A stretch of 64,000 nt of DNA from Ophelia neglecta. Lineage: Eukaryota. The number at the start of each line of letters is the position of its first letter. Positions within the stretch are counted from its first letter, which is position 1. Made by a program: the position numbers and the translations under genes. Of this stretch, positions 53,097 through 64,000 are shown piece after piece. Where the stretch lies: positions 682,001 through 746,000 of the forward strand of contig OZ260666.1 in assembly GCA_965285935.1 (NCBI GenBank). The letters run 5' to 3'. Under the pieces are notes generated by a model that ran no database searches, had not been told where the DNA came from, and was given only the letters and a program-made list of their open reading frames with translations.

Positions 53097-54339
53097 GGTG
53101 TGTTCCTATTAATAATAGCGGGATCTGATTTCTTGAATAATAATAGTATTATGGTGTGATGCTATTGAATAATAATAGTATGAGTAGAACTTGATTATTA
53201 TTAGAATAGAGTCTAGTTGCTGATATCGTTGTACTCCCAAAGATATTTTTGTAGAGATTGTATAAATTAGGTCAGTATTAAAATTTGACCATCATATCTT
53301 AATTTACTTATTAATAATTATAAGGTAAATAGTGCAAATAGACCTCATCCCATGTTATAATTTGATGTGATAACATTGTTATGTGTCTTACAGAAACTTG
53401 TTCCTGCAGCACCTGGTACCTGGTTATCTTGTATCACACATCTGACAGTGGTTCATCCAATAAAAAACATTTAAATACATAAATAATGTGGTGCCAAAGA
53501 ATATAGGCATCTCACACAACTATGCATCAAATCGTTAAATTAAAGTTGAACCAACCAATCTCTGAAAAAACAGGAAAATTAGGAGGAACAAGCCATGTTG
53601 TTTAAAGAAGGGACAAAATTACTCCATTTAACATGAACATATATCCACTAAAATTTATTAACTCAATTCAAATCAAAACAGAATTTTCAGACATATATCT
53701 AACATACTTAAAGTGGTTGCTGCATATCCTAGTGAGATGCGACACCTGGTATGCATCCTTTCCCCATCTCTCTCTAGTTTTTTCTGCCAGGTCCCATACT
53801 CCTCAGGCCTTGGCCGGCGAAATTTCAGCTGATGAACAGGCAGCGGGACAACTTTTCTGTAATGGGGCGAATAGACCTCGTAATATTACATTAAACATGG
53901 TCATGATATTGTATGTTTATATATTGGCTCTATCATAAGCGAGTAGCAGGGATGTCACTGTTAAGGTAGTTATCCTAGATTTTCCTACTAGGCACGCCAA
54001 GTTTGGGCTACCATAAACAGATTAATGCCAGAATTTTGGATGGCCATGGCAGGACCATGGGTTATTGCATATTGAATTTCACAGACTACTTTAATATATT
54101 TATGCACAAATGATGGCTATTGCACTGTCAACTGTTGCACATTTTAGTGAAATTTGTGTAGTATCTATACTTAACTATACTGTAGCAGGGATTTCATTAA
54201 AAGGAGGTAACAGGAAAGTTTTCCGGGGACACCTTTACACCCTTCTGACACTAACACTAAGTCAAGCTGTTTGACTCCGCCGACATATTGCCAATGACAG
54301 CAAGTTTGGCACAGCTTTATGTTGCAGCGGGCTTTTGAT

Positions 54340-54550
54340 TAAATGCGGAAGCGCGGAGCCTTGCGGAGGTAAATCACGAAATTAAAATACTAGAGTACTA
54401 GACCTATTAAACATGTCCCTAACCCTTCCACTAGCACTAAAATTATCCCTCAGCCCTTTCCCTAGACTTGCTGACGATTTTTTGTGCTTCATGTCACTCA
54501 GAAATACCCATGACCTCCGCGTCCGCGCAGCTTCCGCGCGTCCGCATTTA
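54340..54550. mobile_element. MITE-like element
   Basis: TAAATGCGGA(A)GCGCGGA...TCCGCGCGTCCGCATTTA inverted ends with internal CCCTAACCCT-type motifs. Confidence 0.55.
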
Positions 54551-55000
54551 GAAATCTGTTGCGAGAGCGTCTACTACTGTACTAACAAGAGGGGTAACAG
54601 GTAAGAGAGTTTTGAAACCGTTTCATATGAAGACAGCGTTTAAGTCTAGAGCGGTCTAGAACCACACGTTGTTACAATCACGTACAGTAAAGAGAACTGA
54701 TCAGATCGTGATCAACCGATATCCTCAATATCTCTTAAAGTACATGATAATACAGGTGCCGGGCTTGCTAGTTATACATGGTATGACCCTATGTCAGGGT
54801 CGTGCCCGTGGCGCCATGAGGTGGCTCATTAAGAAACAAACTCCTCGCTCAAACCTACTAAATACCTGATACTTAGTCAACTGGGTCCAACTGTCTTAGC
54901 CCCAATGGGACACTAGAAATGGACGTAGGGCTATGAATCTCAGCTAGCGAGGGCAGTGAAGTTTGGCGATCCCCCATGAACCGTCCTACTATTGATCTCT

Positions 55001-55192
55001 CAGTGGCGGATTCAGAGAGGGGGGGGGAGCCCCCCCCCTTTTGCCAAAAAATGGGTTTGGACCAGGGCCTATTTCTGGACCCACACAAGGTGGTTTCAGA
55101 GGGTTGGTAACGGGGACAATCCAGACAAATGACTTGTCAGCCTTGGAAAATTAATTCCCACCTCCCTTCCTGAAATCCTGGATCCGCCACTG
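55001..55192. mobile_element. hAT-like MITE (CAGTGGCGGAT TIR), copy 2
   Basis: CAGTGGCGGAT...ATCCGCCACTG. Confidence 0.82.
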
Positions 55193-55531
55193 TGCCTGTA
55201 TGGACGAGGCCGTGACCCAGGCGTGTTGTGTTGTTATGTGTACTATCTGGGGTAAATACACATACCGCTCCTAGTGTACACATGGTATAACGAGTGTATG
55301 ATCCCACCTGCACGTATGACTCTGGCATTGATTACTCGCATAGCTATCGACACGCCGCTGACCACATAAACTGGCTGTTTGTCTTACAAATAATATGTCT
55401 ACCTTATGTGTCCAGTGGGTTTCCAGTTATATTTGTGTAGGCAGGTGAATATCACACCTAGTATAGTAGTTTTATTGTTGAATAGTTTGGCCGGTAGGTG
55501 AGGTCAAACAGGACCAGCCAAAATTGCTTTG

Positions 55532-56181
55532 TGTAACCATGTACCCGCCAGGTGTCGCTTAACATTGTTTTACCTGAGCGCGGTTCTTACATTTACTCTC
55601 TACCTGATAGCCGGGCACTGCACACCACGGAATCTCTCATCGTTAAACAACGTGCATATAATGTTTTCTTCTACAGCCTAATGGTATGTTACAAATAACA
55701 GTACCTTGCATCCATTGCATTAATTTGTCATATTATCATTAGTGCTGTAGAGTTCGACGAGCGTTTTTGATAAATCTTCCGTATTTCACTTTACAGACCG
55801 TGCACGTGCATTGCCAGGCTAACTCGGCAATATTAAGGCCGAGGGTATCAATATAATCCCGTCCCTCACTGGGCAAGCCTAAAGCTGTAAGCTATTATAA
55901 AACCATGTATTTTGTCACGATAACAGGAATGAATCTACTTATAAATCCACACATCGTACAGTGATTTTCATGATTTAACAATGTAAGAAACGCGTAGAAA
56001 TTCCCCTTAATTGTACATTTGTTTTACATTGTTTTACATTACTTTGCTTTTATTCTTTCCAGATTATATTTTGTATCATTTTCGTTACTATCATTTTGAC
56101 ACCTTCATCTGTACATAAATTGCCATCCTACGCCATGAAATAAAGTTATACTTTTAACCCTGGATACTTCTCATTACTACA
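55532..56181 (+). mobile_element. Putative Gypsy LTR (about 650 bp)
   Basis: TGTA...TACA termini; AATAAA about 40 nt before the end; followed 3 nt later by a TGG-starting tRNA-complementary PBS. The left boundary is inferred. Confidence 0.65.
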
Positions 56182-56184
56182 AAA

Positions 56185-56253
56185 TGGCTCCCCGACGGGG
56201 AATTGAACCCCGGTCTCCCGCGTGACAGGCGGGGCTACTCACCACTATACTAT
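56185..56253 (-). tRNA. tRNA-Asp(GTC) copy with 3' CCA, lacking the first 6 nt (pseudo-tRNA or extended PBS)
   Basis: The minus strand reads ATAGTATAGTGGTGAGTAGCCCCGCCTGTCACGCGGGAGACCGGGGTTCAATTCCCCGTCGGGGAGCCA; the 5' acceptor strand TCCTCG is absent. Confidence 0.85.
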
Positions 56254-56264
56254 ACTACACTATA

Positions 56265-58050
56265 CAAACTAGCTGGACAAGTGAATATTCTGTGGATGAT
56301 CTCTGTGTAGCACAGACAAATGACCCATGTACGAGTTTGTCAGTTGTTGACAATGGGCCACAAACCTACTAGAAGGCTTTTTTCCAAAGAAAATTGGGAG
56401 GTACGCCGCATATGTTCTAAATGGGACCAATTGCGCATTGTTGATAATCTTTTATATAGACTTGTCAGCCTTAATGGCCAAGAGATATGGCAGTTTGTTG
56501 TCCCTATGGAAATGAGAAGCTACATGTTGTCCCTTTCACATGACCGTGCTGGTCATCAAGGTGTAGAAAGAACATTCTCTCTCATAAGAAAAAGGTGTTT
56601 TTGGATTAAAATGTACCAGGATGTAACCAAACATTGTACTCTTTGTGAGCGCTGCATGATAGCAAAAGCAGCAAGTACTAATCCAACTATTTCCAGTCTT
56701 ATTGCTAAGAGACCCTTTGAAATATTAGCCATCGACTTTACCTTAATTGACAAGTCTGCAAGTGGAGTAGAAAACGTACTTGTAATGACAGATGTGTTCT
56801 CAAAGTTCACTGTGGCTATTGCATGTAAAGACCAGAAGGCCACTACCGTAGCAAAAGCACTAGTTCGGGAATGGTTTCAAATTTTCGGTACACCTTCCCG
56901 AATTCATTCTGACCAAGGCCGAAATTTCGAAAGCAATGTCGTATAAGATAATTATGCAAAATCTATCAGATCAAAAAGTCTAGAACAACTTCTTTTCACC
57001 CTGAAGGTAACGCACAAACTGAACGGTTCAACCGAACGTTACACAATCTGTTGAAGGTTTTATCTAAAGAGGAGAAAAAGAAATGGCCAAAATTACTCCC
57101 TGAACTTACATTTACAACGCTACGCCACACAAGTCAACAGGCTTATCCCCCTACTTCAGGTTGTTTGGCCGTGACCCTGTCTTGCCGCTTGACATTGTAC
57201 TCGGTTCACTAGGTCCCAGAGAATCTCCAGATTGTGTGGTATATACTGGTGATGATATAGACAAGTGGCTGACAGAGCACCAATCTAATTTACAGTCTGC
57301 ATATAAATATGCTGCTGAAGGAATTGAAAAACAAGCATCACTCAGACGTGAGTTGTACAACTCTAAACCTAGAGTAAGTGATCGGCAAATTCCAATAGGT
57401 AGTAGGGTATTTCTGCGAAATAGACCGCTAGGCAGAAACAAAATTCAAAATAGATGGTTAGATACTCCATTTATTGTGACAGCAAAACCTGATAAAAACG
57501 TTTACACCATATAGTCCCTGCATCAGGCGAAGGAGAACCCAAGAAAGTCTCTCGATCCTCTCTCCTCGATGCTAGAATAATTTATCAGGAAACACAGATA
57601 TTGAATCCATAGATGATTCAGAGACCCTTAATGAAATTCCATCTCTTCAGTTACAGGAAGAAAAGCCTTCCGACAGTGACTCTGACAGTAGTAGCGAAGT
57701 TTCTTGGCACAATTTTCCAGTAGATATACCTATTCACCTTAATCCTACGACAAATATCGATACTCCCACGAGTGCCCAAGGTACGGAAACTATGGCTACT
57801 GCTGGACACGACAAAACCACTGTTATTTTAAACCCAAACACTTAACAGAAAATTGAAAAACCAGTAGAGTCCGAGGTACCGACAATCACAGTCGATCCTA
57901 CGGTCACTCATATTGTTCCAGGTAACGAACAAGAACATATTAAGATCCCCCGTAGATCTCCTCGACATAATCTTAGGAGCATAGCAACCCTCATCATTTG
58001 CCCCGCTCATCAGTGTCTGTATTGAACAGGGCTATGGCAGCTTTTACTCT
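56265..58050 (+). mobile_element. Gypsy/Ty3 pol remnant: integrase (HHCC and DDE), frameshifted
   Basis: HDRAGHQG...CTLCERC, AIDF, DVFSKF, HSDQGRNFES, HPEGNAQTERFNRTL, FGRDPVLPLD. Confidence 0.92.
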
Positions 58051-58308
58051 ATCTCCAAAGGACCGTGTAAAAGTATCAGCCGTTCAGTATATTTAAATCC
58101 TAGGTAGCCTAATGGCACAGATAGTTAAATGAAAATACTATATTATCTGTGGTACTTGTAAAAGAAAAATGATTAAAATGCTATGTGTTATTGATTGATA
58201 TTATCAAGTTGTGGTAACACGTATAAATTCTATGCGCACATTTATTCATTTATGTGGTCTCATAACATTATTCATGGACCCACAAATGATATTCATCATT
58301 GTTTTTTT

Positions 58309-58841
58309 CGGTGTCCAGTCAACTCGCGCGGGTGCTAGCTCGCGCGGGACACAACTCGCGCGGGTGCCAAGTCACACGAGGTTATTTTCACAGTTATTGT
58401 GTTGGATGGTTAACTACATTGCCGTAGTGGTGGAGGGCGTAAAAACTAACTTGTGGTCATTTTATCGCCAGATAGATCGCGAGATTTAAAAAAAAATATA
58501 TATATTATTGCTCATTCCCTTTTCACAGTGCTTTCTAAACTCAGATATAATATGTAGGGCGACTACGTATGGCATTCGAAGGCGAGTTCGCTAGTCACCA
58601 TAGGGCTTCGTCGGCAAACAGGCCGACTTGGATAAAGGGTGACTACGTATAGGGGCGAGTAATGGTTTCTGTTTGTTTCTTTTATATTAACAAATCATAA
58701 TGGGAGTTATGGATGTCTTGTCAACATGTCAAACATACTAAACTAACGGTATATTAAAACAAGCCCGCGCGAGTTGCCTGCCGCGCGAGTTGGCATAGAA
58801 CGTCGTGCGAGTTGGCACCCGCGCGAGTTGACCCGGGACCG
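58309..58841. mobile_element. Foldback/MITE-like DNA element with repeated AACTCGCGCGGG subterminal units
   Basis: CGGT..GTCAACTCGCGCGGGTGC inverted at both ends, inserted in a poly-T tract. Confidence 0.7.
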
Positions 58842-59684
58842 TTTTTTCCATCCGACCGGTCCATGTTTACATATGCACCTCAAATCAATTTATAGTTATA
58901 TATACATGCCCACAAGAAACAAAACAGAAATATCAGTTAATTGTATGTATCATGTATGCTATATATATATATATGTTCTTTTTGTGTCTAAATACGGTAG
59001 ATATAATTTATGAGGACATAAAATTTTAAATTGGTAAATTGAATATGAATAGAACACAGAAAATGTGTTCAATTAGATTTATACATTTAATAATTAATAA
59101 AAATTTGTTATAGGTGGCTCTTATACCCCCGCCGTTCTAAATTGGTAAAAAGGTGAGGAATAATACCAACCCACCTTGATCAGAGAGTGGACTGTTTTTC
59201 TGACCCCCCCCCCCCCTCACCCACCCCTTAACACGTTTTTTTTTTTCTATGACACCATTTGACTGCATCCTTTTGTGCCATTGGCACCCAGAAAGGCGCA
59301 TGCCACAAGCACACTCAGAAATGCTTGGGATGTTCGGGTCTGGGGTCATATGCCGGCAGCCAGATAATGGAAATTTCTAGAAGCTCTATGGTGCATTTTG
59401 ACACAACTTTCAGGAATTTAATGAATTTTAATATAATTTAACCACACTTAGTCTAATAGTCATAAAAAGTTGTCTTATGGTGTGGTCAAATTAACGAGGT
59501 AAAGGTCTGTATTGGGATGTGTTCAGATGGAGACTGTTACTTTTTTTATCTTTTAAAATAAAAATCCTGGCTAAACATGAAAGACTGCTCTAGAAGCCAT
59601 CCCTGCTCTGATCCAGCCGTCCGAAGCCAACTAAATCATACCAACTGTACATACAACAAACACCAAAATACTGGATATCACACA

Positions 59685-59690
59685 TTTATT
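59685..59690 (-). terminator. Candidate polyA signal of the minus-strand gene (3' UTR about 3.9 kb)
   Basis: AATAAA on the minus strand with downstream GT-rich TTTTGGTGTTTGTTGT. Confidence 0.35.
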
Positions 59691-60088
59691 AACACATTGT
59701 TATATTATCAATATTTTCCAAAATAAATTGACTGAGCTGTCACTATGCCTTTCTCAAGACACACAATATACTACCAAACAGCATGGCGGAACAAATATAT
59801 ATCTTGAATTCTTGGCTTAGATTTTTCTTCTGGATTTATTAATATAGTTTTATTTCATAATTTAGTTTGTTTGCTAAGGTGTTATTGTGATTTTTGGCCT
59901 ATTCTACACTTATATCAAACCAAAAAATTATGATTCAACGAAAATAGCAGCACACCAAATATAGCACTGCACTGAGCATAAAGATGGCCAAATGATTTGT
60001 TTAGGCATCAAACATGAGCCTTGGTAAAAATTCTGATTTTAAAGTGCTTTAAAACCACAATTCTTGTTTATTTACCAGTAATTATATA

Positions 60089-60265
60089 AAGTCAAACCTG
60101 TCTTAGCAGCCCCCTGTGTAATAAGGCCCCCTCTTTATTAAGGTCATTCTTCTTCAGCCCCTTCTCTAATTATAACCATGTAAGTTAAAATGTTGGTCAG
60201 GTCGCCTTGCTAATGTGGTCACTTTTCGCCAGTCATTGGCTGACCTTAATAGACAGGTTTCACTG
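60089..60265. mobile_element. Tc1/mariner MITE related to the 22774 element
   Basis: TA|AAGTCAAACCTGTCT...AGACAGGTTTCACTG|TA. Confidence 0.7.
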
Positions 60266-61842
60266 TAGCTTTAAGATAAAAACATTACAAACCCAGTAAA
60301 CTGCCATGATCCAATAGCTTTATTAAATAAAAACATGAAACACAAACCACAGCCTTATTCCAGTAGGAAGTGGCGCCCCCTTTTGGTGATACAAGGCAGC
60401 AAATACATTGCTGACAATTCTAAATGCCTTTTCAAAAAGTACAGGGTAAAAATGAATCGAATCATATTTACTGTGTGCAGCAAATTGAGAAAAGAACTGT
60501 TCAGTCTGGTGCTTGAACAATAAATTACCTCTTCAGCCACAAGGTGGCGCTATGCATTACTGCAAATAGGCTTATTCCTCAGAAAAATGAAACAAATTAT
60601 ACATTAAATAATCAACTTTATTATACAATACTGGGAAGGAACACCTGTGAGAGCGCCTATCCACAACACAGTAATGATACTACTTGGATATCAATATCCA
60701 CTGTGGATACTACTCAATTTATTACGCCATTTATTCTACTTTGATAAAAGTTTGTTATGACAACTGTTGGAATGTATATTATTTTAGAGCATAATGGTGA
60801 CTACTTTAGAGTACTTCCAATTAATTCCAGAATGATACTTGTTATTTCCCTGATTATACTCAGTTATATATTTATGCCTGCCATACTACTCCACTCATAC
60901 CTCTGTCCGGGTTAAGGTTTTTATGAAGAAAAAAGGATACAAAGTCAACATGGGAAAATAACCTATCCATAAAGCCTCCAATAACCCTCACAGCCAAACC
61001 AACCCTGACTAATAATGGAGAATTACTTCAGGCAATAACAGAATTACTGTCACATAAATTACTAGAGTATCATAGTCTTCACAACAGGTAGACTCAGTTT
61101 TATAGGTAGAGATAATTTAAAATTATGAAAATGAAATAGGTGAATAAATAGAGGGGCTAAATGTAGGGGCATTAGGGTAGATAATATCTGACAACTCTGG
61201 ACATCACAGGAATCCAGGCACATATTTACTAAAAATACAAAACAATAACAGCCATAAGGCTGTATATACAAGGATTTCTAGACTACTTTTGTTAAAACAC
61301 ATTATATAGCTGCATAGAAGGATAGTGCACAATGACAAACCTAGAGTTCAGCTTTAACCCAGCAGGGGGCAGCACTGAATTACAGCTACAGTACCATTCT
61401 ATAAACATTCTAATTTTTTTATCATTAAGAAAATATGTCTGTTACAAAACTTTATATCAACTGCATTGATAATAAGTGAAGGAGGTTATTAGCGTTCTTA
61501 GAACACACAAGAACACTGTCCAGAACTGCAACAATTACATAAAACTCCAGGTCTCCTGCCCATTTGTGTTATAAAAGAACGTTTTATCGCAAGAAAAAAA
61601 TGGGTACACAAATCTCCTACTCAGCCCTGATGATCAACGGAGGCATAACTACAAAACGAACCCACCTGGAAATTAGATAGAGCGCCCCATGCTAAGAAGA
61701 ATCCCCCCCCCCCCCTTAGAAATAAAATGGTTTCCCCCTATCCTAAGCATAACCCTTAGAAATGGAATGATAAAACCTTGGTCACTTTATTGCACCATCG
61801 AAATAAGAATGGAATAGATCACTTCAGTATAAAGGTGTAAAA

Positions 61843-62215
61843 AGTGTCACCAGAGTGTCACCAGTGTGTCACCCATTTGTCACCAGTGTGTCATCAGTAT
61901 GTCATCAGTGTGTCACCGGTATGTCACCAGTGTGTCACCTGTGTCTCATCAGTGTGTCATCAGTATGTCATCAGTGTGTCACCGGTGTGTCACCGGTGTG
62001 TCACCGGTGTGTCATCAGTGTGTCACCAGATTGGGATCTGTGTCACCAGTGTGTCATCAATGTGTCACGAGTGTGTAACCAGTGTGTCACTAGAGTGGGA
62101 CCAATGTGTCACCAGTGTGTCACCAATGTGTTACCAGAGTCCTGTCTGTCAACAGTGTGTCACCAGTGAGTCACTGATGTTACCTAAAGTCCTGTGTGTC
62201 AGCAGTGTGTCAGAA
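61843..62215. repeat. 11-bp minisatellite (GTGTCACCAGT)
   Basis: Read directly from the sequence. Confidence 0.9.
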
Positions 62216-63182
62216 GTCTCTTTATCGTGTGTCACTTGTTTCCTTCCCATGATTCTCTAGTAAGACACTAGCAAGTCACTGGTATAACACATGTCACTAG
62301 TGCATCACAAATGTCACTAACTAGTAACTCTCACAGATGTAAAAGAGAGATCTATGCCGTTCTGGTCAGATATAGTTAGGTACAACCAGGTTAGCTTATT
62401 GGGGCACATTATTAATACACATGGTAATATGCCCTAGCTCCAGGGCAACACAGTAATTTGCTCCCAGAGTGACACTCTAATATCCCAACAATCCCAGACA
62501 AAATGCAGCCCAGAAATAAACCTTACGACGGAACTTCTCAGTAGTGAAATGATAAAAATATTCCCATAAGACCAAATTTGCAAATTTAGCAAAAAGCAAT
62601 CGGTGCGAAAAATTTAAAATTGTGCACATTATATTTTTAACATACATGTATATGTGTATAGTATTTACATGTTTGCAGCCACGAAATTAAAAACCCGAGT
62701 GTATTTTTAACAAAAGGGGCAATTAAATCCCACACGAATATTTTTACCAATACTGGATGACAGAAATAAATCTACTCAAGGCACCGACCGCTCCTGTTAC
62801 TGACAACATCGGATACAGCAACGAAAAGTGAGTAGTGTAGTGACAACTTAGAATATCACCATGAAGAGTAAGTAGTATAATGATAATATTGTCATTTAAT
62901 AAATCATGACATCTGGTTCTGTCAACGAAGATGAATGTGGTGGTGCCACCTGTTGGAAGCAGTGATACCAATGATTGCTGTTTTGGCGTCCCTATTGGTG
63001 ATGGTGGTGCACTCTGGTTGGCACTTTAGCTATTAGACAGTCACAAAGCATGTTTTTCGCAGTGTGTCTGTCTCCAGTCACTGCCAGTGGGATGCCACCT
63101 AGCTTCTAATGTCAGTATTAGAGTCAGGGACGATGTTTTTGCCGACCCCTGAAGGCTGTTGTGGCGACCTCTAGCATGCACT

Positions 63183-63592
63183 GTTGGTACTAGAGAGTAA
63201 CGTAGGATGTTTTCGCAGGTCCCTGTTTATTCTGCGGGCGCCCCCTGGTGTTTATTGTGGGTACTAGAGAGTAATGTAGGATGTTTTCGCCAGCCCCTGT
63301 TTGTTCTGCGGGCGCCCCCTGGTGTTTATTGTGGGTACTAGAGAGTAATGTAGGATGTTTTCGCCAGCCCCTGTTTGTTCTGCGGGCGCCCCCTGGTGTT
63401 TATCGATGGTTCTAGAGAGAAACGTAGGATGTTTTCGCCGGTCCCTGTTATTTCTGGGGGCGCCCCCTGGTGTTAAACGTAGGTACTAGAGAGTAACGTA
63501 GGATGTATTTGCCAGCCCCTGTTATTTCTGGGGCACCCCCTGGTGTTTATTGTTGGTACTAGAGAGTAACGTAGGACGTTTTAGCGGGCCCT
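63183..63592. repeat. 74-bp tandem repeat overlapping the stop codon of the minus-strand gene, containing CTCF-like motifs
   Basis: GGTACTAGAGAGTAAYGTAGGATGTTTTCGC...GCGCCCCCTGGTG, about 5.5 copies. Confidence 0.92.
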
Positions 63593-63760
63593 TTCATGCC
63601 CACGTACACCGGGTTCTGTGCGTTGGCTATGGCCCTAATCCCCATGTACGAGAGGAATGCCTCGTTAGACAGACTCAGGCCAGAGGAATGTGTCAGTGCC
63701 TCATACGTCTCCGCCTCCTTAGCAAACTGGTCCAAGATGGCCTCCGCCTCTGTCCTCGCC
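63559..63760 (-). CDS. Terminal coding exon of a gene extending beyond the window; possibly an SPFH/band-7 family protein C-terminus
   Basis: gttacag acceptor in phase 2; ARTEAEAILDQFAKEAETY...FLSYMGIRAIANAQNPVYVGMKGPAKTSYVTL*. The AEA-rich coiled coil resembles SPFH C-termini; the family call is tentative. Confidence 0.7.
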
Positions 63761-64000
63761 CTGTAACACAGTAACAACAATAATGATAACAACACTTAAA
63801 CAGTACTCAGGTCTGCTTTCTGGAACTTGTCTAAGCTTTGGAGTAGATTAGCATATAACCAAGTTAATCCTTGTCTCCATTAACCAGGATTGAGTTTAAT
63901 GCCAAAATGGCTAGGATTAGTACCAAATCCAGCTTCCAGAGACCCGATCAGCATGTTAACCCTGATTCTGCGCTATAATCCTGAATTTACTCTTGAGTTG

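Noticed and set aside
53391-53463. Acceptor, short segment and AATAAA on the + strand
   Set aside because: No upstream coding partner is identifiable; insufficient support.
56185-56260. Functional tRNA-Asp gene
   Set aside because: The 5' acceptor-stem strand is missing, there is a D-stem mismatch, CCA is encoded, and it sits at the PBS position after an LTR.
59010-59050. Possible Gypsy polypurine tract and 3' LTR start
   Set aside because: A GAGGAC motif is present, but there is no purine tract and the following sequence does not match the 55532 LTR.
61844-62260. Cys/His-rich metallothionein-like ORFs
   Set aside because: Translations of an 11-bp minisatellite in all frames.

Overview
Eukaryotic, AT-rich animal genomic DNA, probably lophotrochozoan or molluscan; this taxon is inferred from gene and repeat style only. 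Main content: (1) A complete multi-exon + strand type II membrane dipeptidyl peptidase of the S9B family. It has 21 common coding exons (25568-37936, 807 aa) and a DPP6/DPP10-like juxtamembrane/TM segment, yet keeps an intact catalytic apparatus (GWSYGG, DDNV, DH). It is fed by up to four candidate alternative first coding exons and has one GC-AG intron. (2) A 3-exon secreted PAN/apple plus jacalin (ZG16-like) lectin (41688-48027), with a nearly intact non-LTR retrotransposon in intron 2. (3) A hidden CCAAT/TATA-driven spliced minus-strand transcript (about 52977 down to about 48240) carrying only small ORFs, with a second, decayed LINE in its intron. (4) A Gypsy LTR followed by a 69-nt CCA-containing tRNA-Asp copy fused to an integrase remnant. 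(5) The last coding exon of a minus-strand gene, possibly SPFH/band-7, whose 3' UTR holds a 74-bp tandem array of CTCF-like motifs. There are also many minisatellites, several seeded on splice junctions, and several MITEs. The long repeat ORFs in the track are artefacts, and there is no CRISPR array. All calls come from manual reading; no database searches were run.
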